Assembly: GCF_038871235.1 (NCBI RefSeq)
Contig: NZ_JAVZIN010000006.1
Coordinates: 32,001-96,000 of the forward strand
Direction of reading: 5' to 3'
From: Candidatus Hadarchaeum sp.
GTDB lineage: Archaea > Hadarchaeota > Hadarchaeia > Hadarchaeales > Hadarchaeaceae
Length of the DNA: 64,000 nucleotides
Part shown: piece by piece, positions 18,692-28,197 of the stretch
Layout: each line of letters starts with the position of its first letter
Position numbering within the stretch: position 1 is the stretch's first letter
Program-made: the position numbers and the translations under genes
The notes under the pieces: model-generated
What the model saw: only the letters and a program-made list of their open reading frames with translations
Database searches by the model: none
What the model was told of the DNA's origin: nothing

Positions 18692-19867
18692 ATGGAGCTG
18701 AAAAGTATGAGGGACGTAGCCATTATTGGAGCCGGCATGACTAAATTCGGCCGATCTCCCGGCGATCTGATGGAGATTATGGCCGAGGCCTCGTTGCGTG
18801 CAATAAAACATGCCAACGTGGAAAAAGAGGAATTTGACGCCCTGTATGTTTCGAACATGATGGCAGGAGAAACCTCACACCAGACGGCAGTAGCTAGCTC
18901 CTTGGCAGACAGGATTGCCTTAGTACCAGCCGCAGCCGACAGAGTCGAGAATGGGCCTGCGTCGGGAGGTTCCGCGATTAAAAACGCCTTTCTGGCAGTT
19001 GCTTCAGGTTACCACGATTTAGTTCTGGTCACCGGGGGAGAAAAGATGACCACGGCCGACACCGATGTCGTAACCGATCTGGTGGCGACAATGACACACC
19101 CCACGGCTGAATACATCCATGGGGTTACCCTTCCCGCGATGGGAGGAATGCTTACTCGGCTTTACATGGAAAGATACGGTTTAACAGAGAAGCACTTGGC
19201 GATGGTTGCCGTGAAAAATCACGCCAACGCTCTCAAGAATCCTTATGCCCACATCCAGCGGGCCTGCACTATTGAGGGGGCCATGAGCTCAGGAGTTATA
19301 GCCGATCCGCTGCGTCTTTACTATGTTTGCCCAATCAGCGACGGGGCAGCGTCATTGGTGCTATGTCCGCTGGAGAAGGCCAAGAAATATACCGACAAGC
19401 CGGTGAGGATTGCGGGATTTGGTCAGGCAACCGATGTTCAAGCCCTGCAGGAAAGAGACGATCCAACGGTGCTGAAATCCGTTAGGATAGCTGCCCAGAG
19501 AGCTTTCAAGATGGCCGGGGTTACACCTGATGACATCGACGTTGTTGAGTTGCACGATGCCTTTGAGATACTGGAGATAGCCGAGAGCGAGGACATCGGC
19601 TTTTTTGAGAAGGGCAAAGGTCATTTGGCCGTAGAGAAAGGCACCACCGCCCTGGATGGTGATTTGCCCATCAATCCTTCAGGAGGACTAAAGGCGCGGG
19701 GGCATGCGGTTGGTGCTACCGGGGTTGCCCAAGTGGTTGAGCTGGTCTGGCAGCTGCGCGGAGAGGCCGGTGAGCGGCAGGTCAAGGAGCCGAAGAGGGC
19801 CCTGTCTTGCAACTTCGGTGGCTTCGGAAACAACACCGTGATACACATCTTTGAGAGGGGGTGGTGA
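18692..19867 (+). CDS. Thiolase-fold protein (SCP2/archaeal type) lacking the nucleophilic Cys
   Basis: ELHDAF, INPSGGL, GHAVGATG; ENGPASGG in place of ExACASG. Confidence 0.88.
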   Translation: MELKSMRDVAIIGAGMTKFGRSPGDLMEIMAEASLRAIKHANVEKEEFDALYVSNMMAGETSHQTAVASSLADRIALVPAAADRVENGPASGGSAIKNAFLAVASGYHDLVLVTGGEKMTTADTDVVTDLVATMTHPTAEYIHGVTLPAMGGMLTRLYMERYGLTEKHLAMVAVKNHANALKNPYAHIQRACTIEGAMSSGVIADPLRLYYVCPISDGAASLVLCPLEKAKKYTDKPVRIAGFGQATDVQALQERDDPTVLKSVRIAAQRAFKMAGVTPDDIDVVELHDAFEILEIAESEDIGFFEKGKGHLAVEKGTTALDGDLPINPSGGLKARGHAVGATGVAQVVELVWQLRGEAGERQVKEPKRALSCNFGGFGNNTVIHIFERGW

Positions 19868-20211
19868 TGGTGGAGCAAAAGTTTGTAGCTTACAAGTGCC
19901 GGTCGTGTGGCCGAGTGATGAACCCCAAGCATGATCGATGTCTCACCTGCAAAGGTATGGAGTTTGACGAGATTGAGCTGCCCAAGGTTGGGAAGCTCGT
20001 CACTTACACCAAGCTTTATGCATTGCCGCAGGGAATTGAGGCGCTGCCGCCTTTGACACTCGGCATAGTTGATTTCGATGGTGTCAGGGTGCTCGGACAG
20101 CTTACCACCGACGAGCCAGCTATAGGGATGTCGCTGAGGCCCGTCTGGGGAAAGATCAGGAAACTAAATGACAAAGATATTTATGGGTTTAAGTTTGAAC
20201 CTGTAAGCTGA
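19867..20211 (+). CDS. DUF35-type Zn-ribbon/OB-fold protein
   Basis: CRSC...CLTC, GKLVTYT; ATG overlaps the thiolase TGA. Confidence 0.85.
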   Translation: MVEQKFVAYKCRSCGRVMNPKHDRCLTCKGMEFDEIELPKVGKLVTYTKLYALPQGIEALPPLTLGIVDFDGVRVLGQLTTDEPAIGMSLRPVWGKIRKLNDKDIYGFKFEPVS

Positions 20212-20233
20212 GAATAAAAAAGGAGGTAAGATA

Positions 20234-20821
20234 ATGGATTACGACTGGAGCAAAGTGATGAAGCCTTATCCGCCGCGGAGAATAATCCTGCCCAACGGGG
20301 ACGAGATGATAGTGAAGAGCATGGAGAAGAGCGAGATCGAGGAAGTCTGCGATGCATTGATTCCAAATCTGAAGATACACAAGGAATGGTTTGACCTAGT
20401 TACAGCAGAGATGATAACTGAGTTCTATCTCTGGCGTGAGAATAGACCCATGTGGGGTTTGCCAGCTGAGAGTCATTTCAACCTTGTTGGTAGAGTCGAT
20501 GGTGAGGTGGTCGGCGTCACCAACGGTGCCCTGAGAGACCCCAAGACAGGTTGCAGCCTGCACACAACCACGCTGAAACGAGGTCTGCAGATCGGTGCTT
20601 ATCTCTGGCCTTGCAAACTTGAGATGTATTTTGATGTCTTAGGCGTTGATGTGGTGGAGGCAAGTGCGGAGAGCTTGATCGGTGGTCGAAAGCTGTTTCA
20701 GGCCTATGGTTTCACCCCACACCCAGACAAAAAGAGCCACTTTGGTACAATGTTACAAACAATGACAAAACAACAGTGGGACAGGATAAAGGCCGGTAAA
20801 CTTGTAGGCGAGAGGATCTAG
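20234..20821 (+). CDS. Hypothetical protein, possible GNAT-like fold
   Basis: AGGAGGT RBS; LVGRVDGEVVG strand pair and KRGLQIGA resembling the GNAT acetyl-CoA loop; fold is an inference. Confidence 0.6.
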   Translation: MDYDWSKVMKPYPPRRIILPNGDEMIVKSMEKSEIEEVCDALIPNLKIHKEWFDLVTAEMITEFYLWRENRPMWGLPAESHFNLVGRVDGEVVGVTNGALRDPKTGCSLHTTTLKRGLQIGAYLWPCKLEMYFDVLGVDVVEASAESLIGGRKLFQAYGFTPHPDKKSHFGTMLQTMTKQQWDRIKAGKLVGERI

Positions 20822-20843
20822 GTCTCAGCACATCTTGAAACTG

Positions 20844-20866
20844 GGCGGGCTTCTCTCGGGCCCGCC
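20844..20866. terminator. GC-rich hairpin between convergent genes
   Basis: GGCGGGC-N9-GCCCGCC followed by T-rich sequence. Confidence 0.5.
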
Positions 20867-20929
20867 GTTGTCCCTTTTCACCTCAACAGTTTTTATTCAG
20901 AAAAATTGTCCAGTTGTATTGGCCGGGTT

Positions 20930-21529
20930 TTATAGATCATTAGGGGAGTTAATGTTGTTGAACGATTTTAGACTAGGGTCAATTTTTTCCAGATCCTCAG
21001 GTGCGATATAGATGACGTCGTCTAGAAGATTGATAGCATCAATCATCCGGAATTTATTCTTTTTTCTTGCCTCAATTATTGCGCCGGTCAGTTTCTTTGT
21101 TCGGTAGACAGCCTGAAGGGGCTCTATGTAGCCATTGGGCCATCTAAGAATAGCTCCATCGTGTCCCCTAGCGCGGAAATACAAAAATTCAACTACCTCT
21201 GGCTTGATCCAAGGACAATCACAGGCGAGGACGGCAACATACTCTGAGCTAACAACGGGGAGCGATGAAAACAAGCCGATCATTGGACCCTCTTCAGAAC
21301 TTTTATCTACCACAACTTTGGCTTCGGGAAATGTCCTCGCGAGATCTTCCTGATATAGTTTGCAGGAGATGATTATTTCACCTGAAAGTTTCTTTATTTT
21401 CTCGAAGACGTGTTTGATCAAGGGTTGTCCATTAACTTCGTAGAAAGCTTTAGGGCAGCCCATTCTTTTGCTGTCGCCACCAGCCAGGATTAAGACGGCA
21501 AATTTTTCCCTGAAACCATAATTGTTCAT
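20930..21529 (-). CDS. mobA: Molybdenum cofactor guanylyltransferase
   Basis: LAGGDSKRMG, GPMIG, ACDCP, EPLQAVY, NINSPNDL. Confidence 0.88.
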   Translation of the reverse strand: MNNYGFREKFAVLILAGGDSKRMGCPKAFYEVNGQPLIKHVFEKIKKLSGEIIISCKLYQEDLARTFPEAKVVVDKSSEEGPMIGLFSSLPVVSSEYVAVLACDCPWIKPEVVEFLYFRARGHDGAILRWPNGYIEPLQAVYRTKKLTGAIIEARKKNKFRMIDAINLLDDVIYIAPEDLEKIDPSLKSFNNINSPNDL

Positions 21530-21690
21530 GCTAACCGATTGGATATTTGTAATGTCTGTTTATGAGTTTAACCGTAAGTTTTCTGATTTATGGCCGCTAT
21601 GGGTCAAATGATACAGATCATGGAATTTCATCAAAACTCTTTTAAAGAATCCATCTTAGGATAATAGGAACAAAATCAGAGGGCGAAAAT

Positions 21691-22959
21691 TTGGAGACCA
21701 TTGAGAAAAAAATCGATGAGGCTAACAGACTGTGTGTGGAAAGAATTATGGAATCACATCCTGTTCTGGTAGACATTGATCACGCGATAAATGTGATCCC
21801 AGGGATGGAAGAACGAATGGTTCTGCACAGCGGCCCCCCGCTTTCCAGAGGCTGGGATGAAATGGTTGGCCCCATGAGGGGTGCCGTTATTGGAGCCATG
21901 ATTTATGAGGGTTGGGCAAAATCGGAGGCTGAAGCAATCGAACTCATCAGAAAAGGTGAAATAAAGTTTGATTCTACCTCCAACCATAGTGCTGCGGCCC
22001 CGATGGCGGGAATAGTGACACCTTCCATGCCCGCTTTCGTGGTCAAGAACAAAACCTATGGCAACTTTGCCTATTGCAATGTCAACGAGGGACTTGGTAA
22101 GGCCCTGAGGTTCGGCGCCAACGACGAGCAGGTGATAGCACGGCTTCACTGGATAGAGAAGACACTGATGCCGGCCCTGAAAGTGGTGTTGAGGGAGGGC
22201 GAAATTGACCTCAAGGAGCTGATCGAAGCCTCACTGCACCGAGGTGATGAATGTCACAACAGAAACAAGACGGTTTCCCTGTTGTTTTTGAGCGAAATTT
22301 TGCCCCGACTCCTTCGTTCCGATTTGGATAGGAATCAGGTTGCTGAGGTGGTCGATTTCATCCGGGGCAACCCTCACTTTTTCCTAAACCTCTCCATCCC
22401 GTCGAGCAAGTCTTCTCTGGACGCGGCCAACAACATTGAGTACAGCACTGTGGTTACCGGATTCTGCACTAACGGCGTCAACTTCGGCATGAGGGTCAGC
22501 GGCATCGGCGACAGGTGGATTACGGCACCATCCATTCACGCCAAGGGAAAGTACTTCAAGGGCTTTAAGGAGGGCGATGACGCTCCGGTGCTGGGTGACT
22601 CATATTACTCCGAACCTGCGGGCATTGGCGGCTTTGCCATGGCGGCAGCTCCGGCGATAGTCAGTTTTATCGGCGGGGAGCCAGACTTGGGAATTAAGAC
22701 CACACTGGAGATGTACCAGATAACGGTGACCGAACACAAGTACTTTAAGATCGCCAATTTAGGATATCGGGGTACTCCGCTAGGCATCGACATCAGAAAG
22801 GTGCTGAGAACTGGAATCTTGCCTGTGATCAACACTGGCATGGCGCATAAGGATCCGGGAATCGGCCAGGTGGGAGCAGGAATAATCAGGGTCCCGATGG
22901 AGCTCTTCAGAAAGGCGCAGATTGAATTCGAAAGAAGATATGGAATAAAAATTGTTTGA
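21691..22959 (+). CDS. DUF1116 (YlbE/AllG-like) protein
   Basis: LHSGPP, PMAG, GDECHNRN, NGVNFG, GDS, INTGMAHKDPGIGQVGAG. Confidence 0.85.
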   Translation: METIEKKIDEANRLCVERIMESHPVLVDIDHAINVIPGMEERMVLHSGPPLSRGWDEMVGPMRGAVIGAMIYEGWAKSEAEAIELIRKGEIKFDSTSNHSAAAPMAGIVTPSMPAFVVKNKTYGNFAYCNVNEGLGKALRFGANDEQVIARLHWIEKTLMPALKVVLREGEIDLKELIEASLHRGDECHNRNKTVSLLFLSEILPRLLRSDLDRNQVAEVVDFIRGNPHFFLNLSIPSSKSSLDAANNIEYSTVVTGFCTNGVNFGMRVSGIGDRWITAPSIHAKGKYFKGFKEGDDAPVLGDSYYSEPAGIGGFAMAAAPAIVSFIGGEPDLGIKTTLEMYQITVTEHKYFKIANLGYRGTPLGIDIRKVLRTGILPVINTGMAHKDPGIGQVGAGIIRVPMELFRKAQIEFERRYGIKIV

Positions 22960-23036
22960 AACTTCATTTGGAAAATCTAGGAATTTTGAAAATGTATATA
23001 AGCACCTCAGGTAAGTTGTATTCAAAAAGTGATTCT

Positions 23037-23801
23037 ATGAAAAAAATGAAAGTGATTGACCTTACTCAACCTTGGGGAATGAACACGCCGCCGTGGCCGG
23101 GAGGAAAAGCGCCAACGATAAGATATGTGAACATGATCTCCACTGATGGCTACAGTCAGCAAGAGATCACCTTTACCACCCACATTGGAACCCACCTCGA
23201 TGGCCCGCTGCACTTTGACCCAAAGGGCAGGGACCTAGCCAGTTTACCTATGGACAAGCTGGTCGGTGAGGGAGTCGTGGTGGATGTCAGCGAGGTTGGC
23301 CCCTTCGGGATTTACACGCCGAAGCACGTGACGAGCAAGGTTGACGTTAAGAAGGGGGACATACTGATTATCCACACCGGTTTCCACAAATACTACGCCA
23401 ACGCTGAGGAGCCAGATGAGGTCGCCTATTTCTACAAGCATCCCGGGCCGCACAGGGAGTTCAGGGACTGGGTGGCGGAGATGAAGTTCAAGTGGATCGG
23501 AGTTGACTGCGGTTCAGCCGATCATCCAATGAACACTGGCCTTCAGAAGCTCAACCCGCTCGTCGCCAAGGAAGCGGAGAAAAAGCTGGGGAAGCCATTG
23601 AGCGAGATCTTCCCTCCAGAGATGGATCACATGATGCACAACACCCTATTCAAGCAACCCCATGAAATAATTCACGTGGAGAACATTGGCGGGGACATCG
23701 ATAAGGTGCTGAACAAAAGGATGATAATTGGGTGCTTCCCGCTCAAGACAATCGGCGGTGAATCCACACCCTGCCGGGTTGTGGCATTCCTTTTTGAGTA
23801 A
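23037..23801 (+). CDS. Cyclase-family metal hydrolase (kynurenine formamidase/isatin hydrolase-like)
   Basis: HIGTHLDGPLH, HVENIGG; start moved to ATG 23037 downstream of a TATA-like TATATAA. Confidence 0.88.
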   Translation: MKKMKVIDLTQPWGMNTPPWPGGKAPTIRYVNMISTDGYSQQEITFTTHIGTHLDGPLHFDPKGRDLASLPMDKLVGEGVVVDVSEVGPFGIYTPKHVTSKVDVKKGDILIIHTGFHKYYANAEEPDEVAYFYKHPGPHREFRDWVAEMKFKWIGVDCGSADHPMNTGLQKLNPLVAKEAEKKLGKPLSEIFPPEMDHMMHNTLFKQPHEIIHVENIGGDIDKVLNKRMIIGCFPLKTIGGESTPCRVVAFLFE

Positions 23802-23811
23802 AAGAAAAGAG

Positions 23812-23846
23812 GTGGCAGCCCGAAGCTGCCACTGTTTTTTATTTTT
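23812..23846. terminator. Bidirectional terminator-like hairpin
   Basis: GTGGCAGC-CCGAA-GCTGCCAC with an A-rich run upstream and T-tracts downstream, between convergent genes. Confidence 0.7.
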
Positions 23847-24226
23847 CAACGCAGAGCGGCGATGCCATCGATCTCGATCAGCAGATCCTCCATAATGAGG
23901 TTCTTGACCGCGATCAGGGTGCTGGCTGGGGGATCCTTCTTAAAGTACTCCGACCTTATCTGCCTGAATTTAGCCAAGTTTTTGATGTCGGTTAGGTAGA
24001 TCCTTATCTGAACGAGGTCGTCGAGGGTTCCACCCTCAGCGGCTAGGATGGTCCGCAGATTCTCGAAAACCTGTCTCACCTGCTTTTCAAAGTCACCCTT
24101 GCCGACAATTTCCCCCTTGGCGTTTTCAGCGATTTGTCCTGAAATAAAGAGAAGGTTGCCCACCCTGATTGCTGGAGAATATCCCGTAGGTTTGGGCAGA
24201 CCTTCCGGAACGACTATTTTTTTCAC
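23846..24226 (-). CDS. RidA (YjgF/YER057c/UK114) family imine deaminase
   Basis: YSPA, FISGQ, QVFENL, PASTL, IEIDGIA. Confidence 0.88.
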   Translation of the reverse strand: MKKIVVPEGLPKPTGYSPAIRVGNLLFISGQIAENAKGEIVGKGDFEKQVRQVFENLRTILAAEGGTLDDLVQIRIYLTDIKNLAKFRQIRSEYFKKDPPASTLIAVKNLIMEDLLIEIDGIAALR

Positions 24227-24262
24227 TTGCTCACCTCCTAAGTGGAACTGTTTTTGTCGGTC

Positions 24263-25741
24263 TTACTCGCGGACCCATTTCAGCTCCCAGACTTCTGGGT
24301 TCTTCAGCCATGGCGCCGTGGGGATAATTTTCTCGCCTATCTTCTGTACCTTGTCGATTACCTTCTCCTCGTTGACGGTCTTAACCACTCCCTTCTCCAT
24401 GATTATCTTCCCGTTGACCATCACGGTGTCGCAGGAGTCGCCCTTGCCGTTGTAGACGAAACTGTTTATCACGTTCTCCTTGGTCACCGGAACCCAGTAG
24501 ATCTTTCTGAGATTCCACATGACGATGTCCGCCGCCTTTCCGACCTCAAGTGAGCCAATTTCCTTGTCCCACTTCAGCGCCTTGGCACCGTTCACCGTCG
24601 CCATCTCCAGCGCCTTGGGGCTGGGATCGGCGGTTCTCAACATGAAAAGGTCTGGGTCTGGGAATATCATCGGATGCCAGGCTTCGGCGTGCCCGACCGA
24701 TACCGTCCAGATATCCCGCACCAAGTCATGCGCCGTGCCGGTGCTGGATTCATCGTTGCCCAGCGCCACGTTGATTCCCATCTTAACCATTATTGGGAAC
24801 TTGCCTCGCATGGAAACTGCAGAATAAACGCCGTGCATGCTTGAGCCAGGAACGTGTACGACGTTGGAGTTGGTTTCCTTCAGCATCAGCAGTTCACCAC
24901 CGTCAACCCAGGCCATGTGGGCCGCCATGAAGTCGGGGCCCAGGACTCCCTGATCGTAGAGGTATTCAATGTCCCTTCGGCCAAATCGCTTGCGGGTCAT
25001 CTCAACCATGTCGTGTGAGACTCCGGCATGCGTTAATATGCCCACGTCGTATTTGTTCGCCAGTTCTCTGGTGGCCTTGCACAGCTCAGGGGACACATTG
25101 CAGACCTGCTGCAGGTCCATCCAGGCTTTGAGCCGGCCGTTGGCAGCACCGTTGTACTTCTTGATAAATTCCTCGCTGCGCTTGATACACTGGTCCGTGG
25201 TTTCTCTCAACCTGCTGCAGAGTTCAGTGAAGGCATCGTAAGAGGCATAGGATGATTTGGTCGCCTCGTGGATGTCCATCAAATCTCTGCCCAGAACCGC
25301 ACGCACCCCAACATCAGTTACCGCCTTTGCCGCCGAGTCCTCCATTGTCTGAATGGTGCCGCAGTCGCAGAAAGTGGTTGTTCCAGTCTTGAGCCCCTCG
25401 ATCAGGTTCTTAACTGCGGCGTAGTAGTAGTTCTCCTTGGTCAGGTTCATGTAGGTCCAGGAGAAATATCGCTCACACCAAGGTACAACCGGAACATCGT
25501 CCAACATGCTCTTGTCGTAGGCAGATTCCAAGTGGATGTGGCCGTTGATCAGTCCCGGGGTCACAAGATAGTTCTTGGCGTCGATTACGCGGTCCGCCCT
25601 ATATTTCTTTTTCAGCGCCGCCGTGTTGCCGATGTCGATGATTTTTCCGTCGTCAACGGCAATGGCGGCATTCTCAAGAAGTCTTCTCTTCGGGTCCATG
25701 GTAAGGACAAATCTCGCATTCACGATAAGGGTATCCACCAT
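24263..25741 (-). CDS. Amidohydrolase (deaminase-like, divergent)
   Basis: NGHIH, HAGV, AAHM, LGNDE, GKAADI; start moved to MVDTL (25741). Confidence 0.85.
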   Translation of the reverse strand: MVDTLIVNARFVLTMDPKRRLLENAAIAVDDGKIIDIGNTAALKKKYRADRVIDAKNYLVTPGLINGHIHLESAYDKSMLDDVPVVPWCERYFSWTYMNLTKENYYYAAVKNLIEGLKTGTTTFCDCGTIQTMEDSAAKAVTDVGVRAVLGRDLMDIHEATKSSYASYDAFTELCSRLRETTDQCIKRSEEFIKKYNGAANGRLKAWMDLQQVCNVSPELCKATRELANKYDVGILTHAGVSHDMVEMTRKRFGRRDIEYLYDQGVLGPDFMAAHMAWVDGGELLMLKETNSNVVHVPGSSMHGVYSAVSMRGKFPIMVKMGINVALGNDESSTGTAHDLVRDIWTVSVGHAEAWHPMIFPDPDLFMLRTADPSPKALEMATVNGAKALKWDKEIGSLEVGKAADIVMWNLRKIYWVPVTKENVINSFVYNGKGDSCDTVMVNGKIIMEKGVVKTVNEEKVIDKVQKIGEKIIPTAPWLKNPEVWELKWVRE

Positions 25742-25933
25742 GTGTCTCAGTATGCTTAAGAGCCGACCGTTAAAAAGATTTTTGGTCAAAATTCAATTTT
25801 ACCTTTCCGATAATCGGCGTTGAGATTATTGATATATACGAAAAACGAACTTTTCAAAAATAGCTTACTAAATACATTAAAGTTGGGCTGGGTTCGGACT
25901 GTCTGGCTTATATTGAACTAACCCGATAATTTC

Positions 25934-26653
25934 ATGATGCTTAAAGATAGAGTCAGGAGGTTAGCCCTAAAACTGGGGGCTGATTTGGTTGGATTTGGGC
26001 CCGCTGAGGCCATTGAGGAGGCGCCCGCCGGACATAGGGCGCAGGATTTTCTCCCTAGCGCCAAAACCGTCTTTTCAACGGCGGCACGCATAAATTATTC
26101 CGCTGTTGACGGCCTCCCCCTGACAAGACGGGAATATATCAATGCCAATGATAGCTCCCGTGCTCTACTCAACGGTGTCATCTGCGGAATCTCGAGATAT
26201 CTTGAGGAAGAAGGCTATTCTGCGATACCCTTCCTCCAAGGGACAGATCGTAAGGTGTTGATGGGAGACCTTTCCCTGAAACACGCGGCAGTAGTGGCCG
26301 GTCTGGGTGAGTTCGGATTGAACAATCTACTTCTGACACCTCGTTTTGGACCTAGAGTGCTATTGGGTGCCGTGGTCACAGATGCTTTGATTGTTCCAGA
26401 TCCACCACTAAGAGAGCAGCTCTGCGATCTATGTGGGGCTTGCTTGAAAGCCTGCCCTGTTGGTGCGATAAAGGAATTAAAGGATTTTGATAGAAAAAAA
26501 GGTGGAGCCATGGATAAGTACAAATGTTCTCATTATATAAACGAAATTTTGGAGCCAGAGTACGGCCACCACAGCTGCGGCCTTTGTATCAAAGCTTGCC
26601 ACGTTGGAAAAGTGGAAAAGGTGCAAAAAAGTATACAGGCGAAGTTAAAATGA
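25934..26653 (+). CDS. QueG/RdhA-like Fe-S protein (epoxyqueuosine reductase family)
   Basis: GADLVG, KHAAVVAGLGEFG, FGPRV, CDLCGACLKACP, CGLCIKAC. Confidence 0.8.
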   Translation: MMLKDRVRRLALKLGADLVGFGPAEAIEEAPAGHRAQDFLPSAKTVFSTAARINYSAVDGLPLTRREYINANDSSRALLNGVICGISRYLEEEGYSAIPFLQGTDRKVLMGDLSLKHAAVVAGLGEFGLNNLLLTPRFGPRVLLGAVVTDALIVPDPPLREQLCDLCGACLKACPVGAIKELKDFDRKKGGAMDKYKCSHYINEILEPEYGHHSCGLCIKACHVGKVEKVQKSIQAKLK

Positions 26654-26717
26654 GGACATGAAGAATATTATGAGCGAGAACGCAAGGAAACTCTACCGAA
26701 TTTAGCCGTTTAGTAAA

Positions 26718-28085
26718 TTATTTTTTCTTTGGCTGGTACTGTTTTCTCCTCTCAAGAACCTCCGGAGTGATCTTCGTCGCTAGGTCGATGATTTTCTGCT
26801 CGTCAACATTTTTCAGGACACGATTTTCCATCACAATCTTTCCATCCACGAAAACAGTATCAACATCATCGCCGTGGCAGGCATAGACGAGGTGGGAAAT
26901 CACATTGAAGAACTCCCCGAACAGGACGGGCGTGGTGCGCAGCTTATTCAGGTCGACTAGAATCAGGTCTGCTTTTTTGCCTACCTCTAAGGAACCGATT
27001 TCCTTGTCCCATCCCAAGGACTTGGCGCCCTTAATCGTGGCCATCTCGAGAACTTGGTAGGCTGGCAGCACGGTGGCGTCTAGCCTAGTGACTTTCTGTA
27101 GTAGCGAGGCGAACTTCATCACTTCAAACATATCAGCAGTGTTGTTTTCCTTCAGGCCATCTGTGCCCAAGCTTACGTTTGCTCCGTATTCTATCAGCTC
27201 CGGTACCGGACAGACACCGTCGGCAAGCTTCTGGTTGCTTACAGAGCAGTGGGCGATGTTGGTCTTGGTTTGACCCAGCAGCCGCCTTTCCCTTTCGGTG
27301 AGCCAGCAGGCATGGGCAATTAACGTGTTCTTGCCCAGCAGACCAAAGTCGGCAAAGGCCTCTATGGAGTGTTTACCGAACCTTTTCATTGCCAGTTCCC
27401 ACTCGTCCTTCACCTCGCTGGAGTGAATGTGTATCCCTGTCTTGTATTTCCTGGCGCCCTCGACCACCTTGTGGATGTGATCATCAGAACTGTAGAATGC
27501 CCACTCCATCCCAAACCACACTCTCACCCTGCCTTGAGCATACCCGTTTCTGGACTTGACCAGTTTTTCATTATCCCCGTACGACTCATATTTGTGAACC
27601 GGTGAATCGGCAGCCATGGGGGCAAGGACAGCCCGGAGCCCGATTTCCCTTGCGGCGTCGGCGCACCGGTGCATGTATCGGAACATGTCCGCAACACAGG
27701 TTGTCCCCGACTTCAGGGCCTCGGAGTAGGTCAACATGGCAGCAGCATGAGCTATATCTGGAGTGACTACCCAATGCCATGGTGAGATGTAGTAGTCCAG
27801 CCACTCGATTAGGGGCATATCGTCTGCGGTGCCCCTGATCAGATCTGAGTGAATGTGGGTATTTACCAAACCAGGGATGACAGCTTTCTTTCTGGCGTCG
27901 ATAACCCGATCAACTTTATACTTCTTTTTCATAATCTCGTAAGTCTTTCCCAAATCAACTATTCTGTCGTCCTTGATGAGTACGGTGCCATCTTCAAAAA
28001 TTCTTCCGCGTTTGTCCATGGTGACGACGATACCGTTTTTTATTAGGGTAGTTTCTGACACAGTATCAACCTCAGGTTTCAACAA
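26718..28085 (-). CDS. Amidohydrolase (MtaD-like deaminase)
   Basis: NTHIH, HSSE, IAHAC, SNQKL, LGTDG, GKKADL. Confidence 0.9.
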   Translation of the reverse strand: MLKPEVDTVSETTLIKNGIVVTMDKRGRIFEDGTVLIKDDRIVDLGKTYEIMKKKYKVDRVIDARKKAVIPGLVNTHIHSDLIRGTADDMPLIEWLDYYISPWHWVVTPDIAHAAAMLTYSEALKSGTTCVADMFRYMHRCADAAREIGLRAVLAPMAADSPVHKYESYGDNEKLVKSRNGYAQGRVRVWFGMEWAFYSSDDHIHKVVEGARKYKTGIHIHSSEVKDEWELAMKRFGKHSIEAFADFGLLGKNTLIAHACWLTERERRLLGQTKTNIAHCSVSNQKLADGVCPVPELIEYGANVSLGTDGLKENNTADMFEVMKFASLLQKVTRLDATVLPAYQVLEMATIKGAKSLGWDKEIGSLEVGKKADLILVDLNKLRTTPVLFGEFFNVISHLVYACHGDDVDTVFVDGKIVMENRVLKNVDEQKIIDLATKITPEVLERRKQYQPKKK

Positions 28086-28197
28086 ACATTACTGTTCACA
28101 AACTTTTATCGTTGACTCTGTCATAAATCAAACCACTCCCGTGTTGCACAGTTGTTTCATAAAAGTTTAATAGCTTCGCCACCCATCCTCAACAGAG

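Noticed and set aside
18692-20211. Mevalonate-pathway acetoacetyl-CoA thiolase
   Set aside because: Nucleophilic Cys absent and no adjacent HMG-CoA synthase
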